Below, in pieces: positions 34,059 to 43,068 of a stretch of DNA of 64,000 bases. Source of the stretch: Alphaproteobacteria bacterium (GTDB taxonomy: Bacteria > Pseudomonadota > Alphaproteobacteria > UBA9655); the NCBI GenBank assembly GCA_019750035.1, contig JAIEOZ010000074.1, forward strand, positions 37,543 to 101,542, written 5' to 3'. A program made the translations under genes and the position numbers. Each line of letters opens with the position of its first letter. Within the stretch, counting starts at the first letter, position 1. Below the pieces are notes generated by a model, which searched no databases, was not told where the DNA came from, and saw only the letters and a program-made list of their open reading frames with translations.

Positions 34059-34078
34059 AAGGACCCAAACGAGTCCTT
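34059..34078 (-). terminator. GGACTC-family cassette terminator (variant)
   Basis: AAGGAC-N8-GTCCTT. Confidence 0.6.
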
Positions 34079-34082
34079 TAAT

Positions 34083-34691
34083 TTAATAAGATTCTTTCTT
34101 TATACATCTGCTTCTTTCGTCATTAGTCATTTTTCTTAATTCAGCTAATCTATATTTTTTTTGGTTTAAGTAGGTTAAATCTAACTTATATCCACTGCCT
34201 CCATTCCTGGCTAACCTGGTCAATCGGGCTGCTTCTTCCTGTGCTGAAGTCATCTTGTTTTGAAGAGTATCAACACTCCAATGATTCACTTTAAGAAGGT
34301 GTTTGGTGATACGGGCTGCATCTGCTCTATCCTTGCTGTGTATGGTGTGTCCATAGTGAATTCCACCGTGGCACTCATGGCATAAGGCAACCATGCCAAC
34401 AAGTTTTTGAGTAAATGTGTTGGTGTCAAAATTCCATAGCTCATGGCATTCCATGCGGGCTTTCTTACTGCAAATTTCACAGTGTCCTTTAGCTTCTCTG
34501 TAGTGAGTTTTGGCTATAGCTTCCCATTGTGGAACTTCTACTGCTGCTCTTACATTAAGAAAATATTGAGTAGCAGGGATGAATTCTAGTTTTATTCTTT
34601 CTTTTCCAAATGAAGAGAAAAAGCTTTTTATCTTAAATGATATTAAAATAATTACACTGACTACTACTACGAAAATATATAAGTTAAACAT
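34083..34691 (-). CDS. Cys/His zinc-binding (HNH-like) protein with N-terminal TM helix
   Basis: 202 aa. HCEIC..ECHELW..LCHECHGGIH. Confidence 0.5.
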   Translation of the reverse strand: MFNLYIFVVVVSVIILISFKIKSFFSSFGKERIKLEFIPATQYFLNVRAAVEVPQWEAIAKTHYREAKGHCEICSKKARMECHELWNFDTNTFTQKLVGMVALCHECHGGIHYGHTIHSKDRADAARITKHLLKVNHWSVDTLQNKMTSAQEEAARLTRLARNGGSGYKLDLTYLNQKKYRLAELRKMTNDERSRCIKKESY

Positions 34692-34719
34692 AAGTATCCT
34701 TTTTAGTTGTTATTGGATA

Positions 34720-34747
34720 CTTATACGAAATATAAAACTTAAATCAA
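34720..34747 (-). promoter_or_regulatory. sigma-70-type promoter
   Basis: TTGATT-N16 (ending TTTCG)-TATAAG. Confidence 0.55.
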
Positions 34748-34852
34748 TATTTCATAGATAGAAGAACTGGAAATTAATATGATTTTTTTATTCATCTTGT
34801 TGCATACATAAAAATGTACGCTAAGATTGAATAATCTCAAATAAAGGAATTC

Positions 34853-35278
34853 ATGATGAAATTTATTACTTGTATTGCTGTTTCTATTTCTATTTTTCTT
34901 TCTGCATGTGCAACTGTTAAACCTGAAGATAAGAATGTGTTCTATGGAAAAGTGATTTCTGTTCGTCCTTTCATTGGTCAAGAATCACAACCTAATTTGA
35001 CAGGTGCTTTAGTTGGTGCAACTGCTGGTGGTGTTGTTGGTCATCAGTTTGGTGGTGGCAATGGAAAAACTGCCTTAACTGTTTTGGGTGTTCTTGGTGG
35101 TGCAGTAGCAGGAAGTCAAATTAATCAAACTTTGGTAAATATTCCAATGACTGAACTGCAAATTCAAATGCAAAATGGTTCTTCTTTTAATGTGAATGTG
35201 AAAGACTCAGGTTTCAGAATTGGACAAACAGTAGAAATTATTCAAGAAGGAAAAACTGCACAAATAAAAGGAATGTGA
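34853..35278 (+). CDS. glycine-zipper outer-membrane lipoprotein (SlyB/Pcp, 17-kDa antigen family)
   Basis: Lipobox FLSAC. GALVGATAGGVVGHQFGGGNGKTALTVLGVLGGAVAGSQ. Confidence 0.8.
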   Translation: MMKFITCIAVSISIFLSACATVKPEDKNVFYGKVISVRPFIGQESQPNLTGALVGATAGGVVGHQFGGGNGKTALTVLGVLGGAVAGSQINQTLVNIPMTELQIQMQNGSSFNVNVKDSGFRIGQTVEIIQEGKTAQIKGM

Positions 35279-35311
35279 TTTTTAGGGGATGATGTAATCC
35301 CCTTGTCTTTC

Positions 35312-35358
35312 ATATCCTTCAAATGCCAAACAGAAAAAAAGCCACTGAATAGTGGCTT
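35312..35358. repeat. 47-bp perfect direct repeat, copy 1 (contains a terminator hairpin)
   Basis: ATATCCTTCAAATGCCAAACAGAAAAAAAGCCACTGAATAGTGGCTT is identical to 61253-61299. Confidence 0.9.
35341..35356. terminator. terminator inside 47-bp repeat copy 1
   Basis: GCCACT-gaat-AGTGGC with an A7 run before and a T run after. Confidence 0.7.
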
Positions 35359-35367
35359 TTGGTTTTA

Positions 35368-35395
35368 TTGACTTAGTTTTGAAATTTCGTATTAT
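35368..35395 (+). promoter_or_regulatory. sigma-70-type promoter
   Basis: TTGACT-N16 (ending TTTCG)-TATTAT. Confidence 0.6.
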
Positions 35396-35418
35396 TAAAA
35401 TAACTAAAAGGAGAATTT

Positions 35419-35730
35419 ATGGAAAAAAAGATTAATAGTGCTGTTAAAGGTTTAGGTAATGCTTCAGCAATTGGCATGGTTGCACTAGCAGGAATGAAAA
35501 AAGAAAAACGAGTAGCAGTAGTAAAGTTTATTTGTTACTTATTTATTGGTTTTCTATGCTTGATTTCAACTATGGTAGCTTTTGGAATTTTGTCTGAATT
35601 AAATAAGGTTTCTGATAATGAAAAGAACATGGCTGTTGGAAGTGTTTTTTTATTTGCACTTCCACAATTTCTATACACCATTTATACAATCAAATGGTTA
35701 ATCAAAAAATTCTTCTTCAGTAAAAAATAA
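35419..35730 (+). CDS. small membrane protein
   Basis: 103 aa with 2-3 TM helices. Promoter at 35368-35395. Confidence 0.55.
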   Translation: MEKKINSAVKGLGNASAIGMVALAGMKKEKRVAVVKFICYLFIGFLCLISTMVAFGILSELNKVSDNEKNMAVGSVFLFALPQFLYTIYTIKWLIKKFFFSKK

Positions 35731-35745
35731 CTTGAAAATAAAAAA

Positions 35746-35762
35746 GCCACTTTTTCAGTGGC
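35746..35762. terminator. bidirectional intrinsic terminator
   Basis: GCCACT-N5-AGTGGC between convergent genes. Confidence 0.7.
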
Positions 35763-35770
35763 TTTAATTT

Positions 35771-36994
35771 TTATTGAAGTTCAGGTGGTATGACTCCTGC
35801 GGGACATTTCCAAACTTGCTGATTAACTTTTACACATCCATTGTTAGGAAGTGCTTTTGCTTGCTGTTGTGGTTTCACTTCAAGTTTTTGTTCTTCAAAA
35901 GTAGGAATGATTGGTTTTTCATTCACCATTGGTTGATACTCTACTTTTTTTCCTTCAGCTTCCATTTGTGTAATTAATTTTTCTAACTCATCTTGTTCGT
36001 CAAGTTGTTGACTTACTGATTTGGTTGTATCAATTTTTAAATTACTATAAGAAGCAACTTTTTGAAGTGTTTGACTTGCACTTGCTGAAATTGGTTTGTT
36101 ACTCAACATTGAAGAAAATGCTTCAGGATTCAACCATAAAGAACCAAGTAAAGCTGTAGCTCTCTTATCCTGTTTAACCTGCCATTCTTCACCGATTTTT
36201 ATACGATATTTGTAAACAAAAGTTTGTGCAACTTTCTGTGAATTCTCTTCTGTTGGATTGACTGCATAAGCTTTAACTGCTTTTTGCATGGTGGTGTATT
36301 GTTTAGCTCCACCTCCACCAAGTCTATAAAAATGGTCTACAAGCACTGCATGTTGGTTTGGTTTTAACTTGTCCCATGTAGAAGCTCCTAACCATGCAAT
36401 AGCTGCTGCTTCACTTGGTTTCTTCATCTCATCTACGATTACTAAACCTTGCTGTGGATTGATATTTATACCTGGTTGTGGTGTTGCTTCAAGATTAGGT
36501 TTTCCACCTTTAGCAATACTGATTTGAGCTATTTTTTCAACAGTGGATTTGTCCAATCCTGCTTTGGTTGCATAAGCTCTATTGGCACTTTGGCCGTTCA
36601 TAGTAATGTTCCAGCCGTAAGCTAAAGCCCAACCCATGTTGTCACGGTATGGACGGTTTACGAACCCTTCTGAGGTCATCACAAGAGAGTGAAAGTAGTT
36701 GCCATTATTGAACTCGGTGAGTGCTGAAGCTGTTGAAGTGCCTCTATCTCTTCTGCCCTTCTGTGGTGTTTGTTCGGGTGCTACTACAGGCGGTTGAACC
36801 TGACTTGGTGCAGGTGTTTCAACTGGTGGTGTTGGTGTAGGTGCTGAAGCAGGAATTACGGTAGGTGGTGCAGGTTCTGGCTTGGATAAATCTATTGAAT
36901 ATTTAGGTTTATTCTGTTCAGTCTTTTTATCTTCATTACATGCCGTTAAAACAAAACAAGCAGATATTGCTAATACTATTATTTTTATCTTCAT
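35771..36994 (-). CDS. lipoprotein with Pro-rich linker and lysozyme-like (GH24-type) domain
   Basis: Lipobox LTAC. Pro-rich linker PTPTPPVETPAPSQVQPP. SEGFVNRPYRDNMGWALAYGWN resembles the EG..Y.D..G..TiGyG muramidase motif. Confidence 0.55.
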   Translation of the reverse strand: MKIKIIVLAISACFVLTACNEDKKTEQNKPKYSIDLSKPEPAPPTVIPASAPTPTPPVETPAPSQVQPPVVAPEQTPQKGRRDRGTSTASALTEFNNGNYFHSLVMTSEGFVNRPYRDNMGWALAYGWNITMNGQSANRAYATKAGLDKSTVEKIAQISIAKGGKPNLEATPQPGININPQQGLVIVDEMKKPSEAAAIAWLGASTWDKLKPNQHAVLVDHFYRLGGGGAKQYTTMQKAVKAYAVNPTEENSQKVAQTFVYKYRIKIGEEWQVKQDKRATALLGSLWLNPEAFSSMLSNKPISASASQTLQKVASYSNLKIDTTKSVSQQLDEQDELEKLITQMEAEGKKVEYQPMVNEKPIIPTFEEQKLEVKPQQQAKALPNNGCVKVNQQVWKCPAGVIPPELQ

Positions 36995-37020
36995 ATTATT
37001 TTCCTTTTAGTTGTTTTATT

Positions 37021-37054
37021 AGTATAAGAAAAATAATGCAAAACACAATAACAA
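37021..37054 (-). promoter_or_regulatory. cassette promoter box (drives the lysozyme-like lipoprotein gene)
   Basis: TTGTTATTGTGTTTTGCATTATTTTT. -10 TATACT. Confidence 0.6.
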
Positions 37055-37056
37055 AA

Positions 37057-37072
37057 GCCACTAAAAAGTGGC
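37057..37072 (-). terminator. intrinsic terminator
   Basis: GCCACT-aaaa-AGTGGC after the 676-aa gene. Confidence 0.6.
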
Positions 37073-37080
37073 TTTATGTT

Positions 37081-39111
37081 TTATATCTTAAGTTTTTTAA
37101 TTTTAACTGCATCATTCTTTTGAACAAGCTTTTTAGATAAATTAATAAAATTTTTTGCTTTATCAAATGCTTTAACATTGTCCAAACCACAAACCAAAAC
37201 ATCATTAGTGAATTTAAACTCTATAATTCCTTTTTTGAATAAATAGTCTTTAATGACATATTCAGGCATTAATGATTTCAACTTTGAGATACTTCCTTTT
37301 GTTAAATGTGTGTTGTGATTTTTTGCACTATCAATGAATTCCTTAACTATTTTTTCACGATAAATTTCAAATACTTCATCTCTGTAATCTTCATAACAAA
37401 CATTGTTTTTATTTATTTCAATCATGAAGTCTTCAGCAACAAAATTTGCTCCTTCATTCCAATCCCAAGAGTGTGTATTTCTTGGTTGCAAATATGCCTT
37501 CCCTTTTCTTTTGTAGATAACATAGCTTGGATGTACAAATACTTCTCTTGGATTAAATTTTAATGGAGTATTTTTTTCTATCAATTCACAACCTGATTCA
37601 AGCATAAAATCTTTTACATGCTCTTTATTTTTCAATGGAACATAGATACTGGCAGAAGTTTCTGATTTAGCTTTGTCATTAGCCCATGCTTTTAGATAGT
37701 CCTCTAAAGTAATATCATTCACTTCATCAATACATCTATAGTATGTTTCAGGACTTCTTATAAAAGACATTGCTATGCTTTGTTTTAGATTTGAATTTCT
37801 TTTTAGTGCTTCATTAATAATCTCAACAGATACCTTTTCAGGGCATTCCCATAAAACATGATGTGCATTTTCTATTTTTGCTTCTTTTGATAATCTTTCA
37901 TAAAGAAATACATCATCGCTAGAATATCTGCTAGAAAGTCTTCCACCAAAACCAAAGTCAATATCTTCATCGTCAGATTTTGAACCATTGGCATGACTCA
38001 TATAACTTGGCACATTTTTTAGATTTTTTATGTCTTTATGAATCATTTCCTCATTAGACAAATTCATGTAGTAATCTGGGTTGACTTGTTTTTCGTATGA
38101 TAGTGACTGATAAATGTTATCAATACTTATAGAAGTTCCATGTGATTTAATATCATATAAATCTTCTCTTTCAAAATACATTATTGCTTCAGGCTTTTCT
38201 TTTGCAATATCTAATATATCTTCAACACCAAAAGAAATCCATTTGTTCATAGGGATTAAGGAAAGTGGAATTATTGAGTTTGTTTTAAATAATTCAACCC
38301 AATGACTTGTACTGAGTGTTTCAAGATTCACACATGCAAGAACAGAGTAATCAACGGCAACTTTTGGCAACACTCCATATTTAAACCAATCCAAGTTTTC
38401 ATTGTGTTCTCTTAAATAATCTTCAATATCTTCTTCTTCACTTGGAAGATTGAAAGATAAATCCAATCCATTTTTATAAATTGTTTTTGTTCTGTAGTTC
38501 CATTCAATTGTGTCAGAAAAGATTTTACAAATTAAAAAGTCATGGTCAATATCCCATTTTCCATATTGGTCAAATAAATCAATTAGTCTGTGATTTATAG
38601 AAGGTTGTTTTCCAAAGACTGATTGAAATTTTTCTTCATACTTTGTGTAAAATTCTTCATTCTTTATTTTATAGTTACTGTACTCATTCACGAAATATTC
38701 AAATTCTTGAATTGACTCTTCATTTTTAAGTGCTTTAAAATATTTTCTTATATTATTTATAGACTCAGTTGTTGACCTATCAAGAACATTTGCTCTTTTT
38801 GTGTTTTTTAATTTTCCAATAACATATTTTGAAACTTCATTGTTTCTTAACTCTTTTTTTGCACATCTTGAATTATCTTCAACAATAACTGCTTGGATAA
38901 TAAAAGGTTGAGAAATGCAAATGCCATCTACTACAACTTTATTTATCTTGTCATAGAATTTTATTTTTATAGTTCCTAACTTCAAATGTCGCATCATTTG
39001 TTTTTCAATATCTAAAAAACTTTTATTCACAGAAGACCATTCTGAAAACTTCATATCCATGTAGTTTTTCTTTTCTTGATATTCCTTTCTTTTTTCTAAC
39101 CATGTGCTCAT
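37081..39111 (-). CDS. large hypothetical protein (676 aa), no recognisable motif
   Basis: Last gene of a 3-gene unit driven by the cassette promoter at 39729-39762. Confidence 0.65.
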   Translation of the reverse strand: MSTWLEKRKEYQEKKNYMDMKFSEWSSVNKSFLDIEKQMMRHLKLGTIKIKFYDKINKVVVDGICISQPFIIQAVIVEDNSRCAKKELRNNEVSKYVIGKLKNTKRANVLDRSTTESINNIRKYFKALKNEESIQEFEYFVNEYSNYKIKNEEFYTKYEEKFQSVFGKQPSINHRLIDLFDQYGKWDIDHDFLICKIFSDTIEWNYRTKTIYKNGLDLSFNLPSEEEDIEDYLREHNENLDWFKYGVLPKVAVDYSVLACVNLETLSTSHWVELFKTNSIIPLSLIPMNKWISFGVEDILDIAKEKPEAIMYFEREDLYDIKSHGTSISIDNIYQSLSYEKQVNPDYYMNLSNEEMIHKDIKNLKNVPSYMSHANGSKSDDEDIDFGFGGRLSSRYSSDDVFLYERLSKEAKIENAHHVLWECPEKVSVEIINEALKRNSNLKQSIAMSFIRSPETYYRCIDEVNDITLEDYLKAWANDKAKSETSASIYVPLKNKEHVKDFMLESGCELIEKNTPLKFNPREVFVHPSYVIYKRKGKAYLQPRNTHSWDWNEGANFVAEDFMIEINKNNVCYEDYRDEVFEIYREKIVKEFIDSAKNHNTHLTKGSISKLKSLMPEYVIKDYLFKKGIIEFKFTNDVLVCGLDNVKAFDKAKNFINLSKKLVQKNDAVKIKKLKI

Positions 39112-39122
39112 AAATTATCCTT

Positions 39123-39500
39123 TTAGTTATTTTTATTTTTCTTGCAGTGTGGGCAGACTGCATAGCTGTACTTCATTTTTCTGATAGAGCATGTGAATTC
39201 ATGTCCTTCAGAACACTTCCAGGTGATTGATTGTGAAGTGTTGGTTATGAACTGCTCTACAGAAGGAGAAAAGCCTTTGGTGCTTCCTGCTTGACTTGCT
39301 TCAGCCCATAATTCATTACTTTTCTGTTGCTTCAAATAATCAGTGAATACAAGAAATTTAGCTCTTGCTCGTTGTTCTGAGAAACCAACAATCTTTCCAA
39401 TACTTGACCAAGAAACTTTCATTTCTTGCTTATGGATTCGGTTCAATATATTGGTTAATTCATCAAATAATTCAGGTGTTGTTTTGTTTTTAGTTGTCAT
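39123..39500 (-). CDS. HTH plus C-terminal zinc-ribbon protein
   Basis: Start moved to MTTKNK (39500), preceded by AGAGGA. WKCSEGHEF..CPHCKK zinc ribbon. Confidence 0.5.
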   Translation of the reverse strand: MTTKNKTTPELFDELTNILNRIHKQEMKVSWSSIGKIVGFSEQRARAKFLVFTDYLKQQKSNELWAEASQAGSTKGFSPSVEQFITNTSQSITWKCSEGHEFTCSIRKMKYSYAVCPHCKKNKNN

Positions 39501-39510
39501 TATTTCCTCT

Positions 39511-39702
39511 TTATATTTTGTTTTCAATTTTAATAAAGTGAGAATCATCAATGGCAGACACAAAACCATGAACAACAAAATTTTCTAATTTCATTGATTG
39601 AACCATTTCTTTGATTGCTCTTAATGTTTTTGAATCAAGAACATTAACAAAGAAAAATCCAACATTTTCACAGACAGTTATTAATAGGTTTTGATTTTTC
39701 AT
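39511..39702 (-). CDS. hypothetical small protein
   Basis: 63 aa. RBS GTGGAG. First ORF after the promoter at 39729-39762. Confidence 0.45.
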   Translation of the reverse strand: MKNQNLLITVCENVGFFFVNVLDSKTLRAIKEMVQSMKLENFVVHGFVSAIDDSHFIKIENKI

Positions 39703-39728
39703 TTTTACTCCACTTTAGTTATGTTTTA

Positions 39729-39762
39729 ATAATACGAAAAATAATGCAAAACACAATAGAGG
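39729..39762 (-). promoter_or_regulatory. cassette promoter box (drives 39702-to-37081)
   Basis: CTCTATTGTGTTTTGCATTATTTTTCG followed by -10 TATTAT. Confidence 0.6.
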
Positions 39763-39805
39763 AAATAAATCTTTTATATTAATTGGATATCTGCTTTTTA
39801 ATCTA

Positions 39806-39834
39806 TTGCTTTATTGTTTCTTTTTTCATATATT
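39806..39834 (+). promoter_or_regulatory. OMP gene promoter
   Basis: TTGCTT-N17-TATATT. Confidence 0.45.
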
Positions 39835-39868
39835 ATTTAGACAACTACTACAACTAAAGGAGATATAT

Positions 39869-40432
39869 ATGAAGAAGTTGATTTTATTAGGATTGGTTTT
39901 AGGTTCAATTGGTGTTGCTCAAGCTGATACTAATCCTTGGGCAGTTATTCCAATTAACAAGAGTGACTATCAAGGAATTGAACAAGTAAAAGAAAAAGTA
40001 CCTGCAAATAATTTTGATGTATCTGTTGGTGTGAGTTCTTCAGAAACTTCTAAAGGTGATTCAGGAACAGGTTATAAGTTAGGTGCTTCATACACTACCT
40101 ATCAAAATGAACATGTGTTCTTGCAACCTTCTGTGCAATACATCACTTCAGGTAATTCTTATGGTGATAAATACTTGCTTGGAAACTTGGATATTGGCTA
40201 CAAATACGACATTCAAAATAGTTTTGTGAAATCTATCAGCCCAAAAATTGGTGTTGGTGTTTACAAAGCTATTTATGATGGTGGTAGCAACTATGGGATT
40301 GCATACAATGCAGGTGTTGAAGTTGGAATTACTGAAAGAACTTCCATTGATGTTTCTTATAATTACTTGAAAGGACAGAATTCAGGAAGTCATATTGATT
40401 TAACAACCGTCAGTTTGAAATATAAGTTCTAA
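39869..40432 (+). CDS. small outer-membrane beta-barrel protein (OmpX/OmpW/Ail-like size class)
   Basis: Start at MKKLILLGLVLGSIGVAQA (signal peptide), preceded by AAAGGAG. Alternating beta pattern. C-terminal SLKYKF. Confidence 0.75.
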   Translation: MKKLILLGLVLGSIGVAQADTNPWAVIPINKSDYQGIEQVKEKVPANNFDVSVGVSSSETSKGDSGTGYKLGASYTTYQNEHVFLQPSVQYITSGNSYGDKYLLGNLDIGYKYDIQNSFVKSISPKIGVGVYKAIYDGGSNYGIAYNAGVEVGITERTSIDVSYNYLKGQNSGSHIDLTTVSLKYKF

Positions 40433-40450
40433 ACTTAATTACCAATAAAA

Positions 40451-40470
40451 AAGGACTCTTGCGAGTCCTT
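40451..40470. terminator. bidirectional GGACTC-family terminator
   Basis: AAGGACTC-ttgc-GAGTCCTT between convergent genes. Confidence 0.75.
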
Positions 40471-40472
40471 TT

Positions 40473-40778
40473 TTATTTATCACTTCTTAATAGTCTATTT
40501 ATTTCACAATTGAGAGTTTCATGCTTTCTGAAAACATAATCAGGCATAAATGCTTTCTTCTTGTGTGCTTGGAGTGTTAAACAGACTGTATTCATAAAAT
40601 CAAAGCTGTCCAGGTGCTGAACTTGACTCAATATTTTTTGGTACTCATCTAAAGCCCAAGGGTTATTCAAATACATATCTGCAACATAATTTATGTACTC
40701 CTTTTCAGTAGTGAAGTCTTCAAGGTGTTTGATTTCAAAATTCTGAAATAAACCAGAAATTTTATTTATTATTTTCAT
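40473..40778 (-). CDS. hypothetical protein
   Basis: 101 aa, 2 nt after the upstream ORF. Confidence 0.5.
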   Translation of the reverse strand: MKIINKISGLFQNFEIKHLEDFTTEKEYINYVADMYLNNPWALDEYQKILSQVQHLDSFDFMNTVCLTLQAHKKKAFMPDYVFRKHETLNCEINRLLRSDK

Positions 40779-40780
40779 TT

Positions 40781-41137
40781 TTATCCTTTTCTCTTTTCAA
40801 TGATTGCACTGAAGAATTGACTGAATTCCTTATGTTTTTTTTCTTCTTCTTCAAAAACTTCTTTATCTCTTGCAAAATAGAAACCATTGATTCCATGAAC
40901 AATACTTTTATTTTCTAAAATTTCCAATTCAGTTAAATTATTATTTCTCTCTTTCAAGAATTCAAAAAGCATTACTACATATTCTTTGAATAATTTATGA
41001 TTATTCAAATATATTTCAACTAGATAAGTTGAGAATATTCTAGGATGGTCAAAATCTGAAGAAATCAGAAATTTGACTTCATCATTCAATCCTGTTCTTG
41101 GATTGGTCATACTTACTTTGTCACCTCGTTTTATCAT
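40781..41137 (-). CDS. hypothetical protein
   Basis: 118 aa. Promoter TTGAAA-N16-TATAAG at 41166-41193. Confidence 0.5.
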   Translation of the reverse strand: MIKRGDKVSMTNPRTGLNDEVKFLISSDFDHPRIFSTYLVEIYLNNHKLFKEYVVMLFEFLKERNNNLTELEILENKSIVHGINGFYFARDKEVFEEEEKKHKEFSQFFSAIIEKRKG

Positions 41138-41165
41138 TTCAGTTCCTTTTTCTGTTCCCTATTTA

Positions 41166-41193
41166 CTTATACGATATTTTTATTGTTTTTCAA
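41166..41193 (-). promoter_or_regulatory. sigma-70-type promoter
   Basis: TTGAAA-N16 (ending ATATCG)-TATAAG. Confidence 0.55.
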
Positions 41194-41235
41194 TAGACAT
41201 TATTTAGTTTAAAAAAATAGAGTTCAATAAAAAAA

Positions 41236-41251
41236 GCCACTTTGCAGTGGC
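41236..41251 (-). terminator. intrinsic terminator after the primase-helicase gene
   Basis: GCCACT-ttgc-AGTGGC followed by a T run on the minus strand. Confidence 0.7.
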
Positions 41252-41256
41252 TTATC

Positions 41257-43008
41257 TTATTTTTCTTTTGCATGTTTTTCGTATGCTTTCTTTAACATGA
41301 TTGCATATTCATTGATTGAAATTGTTTTCCTAGATAAAGACCTGTCAAGAATTTCAATTTCTTCTTCAAGTTTCATATCTATAGTTTTTCTTTCTATGTC
41401 TGAATCATCGGTTGCTTGTGACATATCAAAGAATAAGTTGCAATAAAGTTTTCTACCTGAAAGCTCTCTCTTTTGAAGAGTCTGTAAATTTGGAAATCTT
41501 TGTTTTACAATTTTCCAAAACTGAACTTCACCAAAAGCATTCCAACTTTTTTCCTCACAATACAGTTTATATTTATTGTAAAAGTCGTCTTTTCTAATAT
41601 TGCATTCCTCAGAAATTTCAACATACATATCATCAATATAAACTAAAGGGTTTTTACTGTTTTTCTTTTCAGCTTCCTTATTTTGTTTAACACTTTCAGG
41701 AATTGAGAAGTCACCACTTTTCAATAAATCAACCAAACCTGCTAAAGCCCAATCAACAAAAACATTCATTTCTTCTGCAATAATTCTCTTTGAAAGATTT
41801 TTGATAATTTTGTCAGGAGTAATGACATTATCAAATCTCATCATAATAAGTCTTCTCCATACACCATTGGACTCATCTTCAATTTTTGGAAAACTATTGC
41901 AGCAGATTATCCATTTTGCTATTGGTTCATAAGTGAACATGTCTTTATTTTTGACATTGATAACAACCTTATCACCTGAAATTAATTTTTTAAGTTCTTG
42001 CTCATTAATACTTCTTTTTGGTGTTTCAGGAACTACAACAAGGCTTGCATCAACAAGTTCTGCTTTACCAAATCCTCTCAAATCGTCCAAATCAACAGAA
42101 GCTACCTTTTGGTGCATTCCTGAAGTGATATTGGCATATTCACTTTTACCGTTTAATCCTGGTCCTTCAATCACTGCTGCACTTTGATAACGAGTATCAG
42201 GAATAAGAGTTGAACCTGTATATTGTGCTAATAGCTTTTGGTCTTCTGCTTTAGGAACAGAATTATTAAGAAAATGTGCAGTTAACGATTTTTTAGGAAC
42301 TGCTTTAGGGATATAGATTTCAAATTCATTTCCAAAATCATCAACCATGCAACCATTTTGAAAAATCAATTCATTGCCATAGTCATCTGCTGTATTGGTT
42401 GGATGGTTGCTTCCCAATGTTCCATTAATTTGATAAGTAACACCCAAGTTTTTATTTGGTTGTATTTTAAAAATAGTACCGTTCTCACTAACTTCTAACC
42501 ATGTATCCTTCATAGGAATAATGATTGAAGTAGGTCTTACAGGAAGAATTCTGTCTTCACTATGTAATGTCTGTAATGCTGTCAAATGGCATGTACGGGC
42601 AAGATATGCAGTTGCTTCAGACTTGTTGTAATCTCTCAACCATTTCATAGCCAATGATTCACCATTAATCTTATTGATTTGATTCCAATAGCCTGTTTTC
42701 CAGACATAAAGATTAATGTTTTCACCAAAAGCACAAACAGAATAGTCTTCGTTTGCTAGTGCTGAATCTGCATAAATTGGTTCAAGCTTTTCTTTTTCAT
42801 GTTTTACATTAGACTTGAATGCAGATTTCCAATTTGTCTTTTTAGAATTAGCTTTCTTGTCTGATTTTTCAGTCAATGAGTCACCGAAAATATCCATTTC
42901 AGCATCATATTTTTCTTGTTTTAAAACAGCACTTTCAAATCCAAAAATATCAGTTTTGTTGCTTTTCTTTTCCTTTGTTTTTTCTACACCAAAAAAATTC
43001 ATATTCAT
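41257..43008 (-). CDS. P4/D5-family primase-helicase (SF3 NTPase C-terminal domain)
   Basis: 583 aa. Walker A EGPGLNGKSE. Walker B LVVVPE. IAKWIICCNSFPKIEDESNGVWRRLIMMRFDN matches the P4-primase C-terminal pattern. The start could instead be the ATG at 43002. Confidence 0.75.
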   Translation of the reverse strand: MNMNFFGVEKTKEKKSNKTDIFGFESAVLKQEKYDAEMDIFGDSLTEKSDKKANSKKTNWKSAFKSNVKHEKEKLEPIYADSALANEDYSVCAFGENINLYVWKTGYWNQINKINGESLAMKWLRDYNKSEATAYLARTCHLTALQTLHSEDRILPVRPTSIIIPMKDTWLEVSENGTIFKIQPNKNLGVTYQINGTLGSNHPTNTADDYGNELIFQNGCMVDDFGNEFEIYIPKAVPKKSLTAHFLNNSVPKAEDQKLLAQYTGSTLIPDTRYQSAAVIEGPGLNGKSEYANITSGMHQKVASVDLDDLRGFGKAELVDASLVVVPETPKRSINEQELKKLISGDKVVINVKNKDMFTYEPIAKWIICCNSFPKIEDESNGVWRRLIMMRFDNVITPDKIIKNLSKRIIAEEMNVFVDWALAGLVDLLKSGDFSIPESVKQNKEAEKKNSKNPLVYIDDMYVEISEECNIRKDDFYNKYKLYCEEKSWNAFGEVQFWKIVKQRFPNLQTLQKRELSGRKLYCNLFFDMSQATDDSDIERKTIDMKLEEEIEILDRSLSRKTISINEYAIMLKKAYEKHAKEK

Positions 43009-43068
43009 TCCTTTATAGTTGTTTTCTTTTTTGGCTCTCCTTTCATTATTGAAGTAGCCTAACTTACA

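Noticed and set aside
23633-34078. Possibility that the repeated boxes and hairpins are a CRISPR array.
   Set aside because: The repeat spacing is 300-1100 bp and each interval contains an ORF with an RBS. The repeats are promoter-like and terminator-like, and I recognised no cas genes.
23633-34078. Possibility that the cassette array is an integron.
   Set aside because: I recognised no intI-like gene. The hairpins are short perfect stems followed by T runs (terminators) and lack attC-like R'/R'' cores. Each cassette has its own promoter, unlike integron cassettes.
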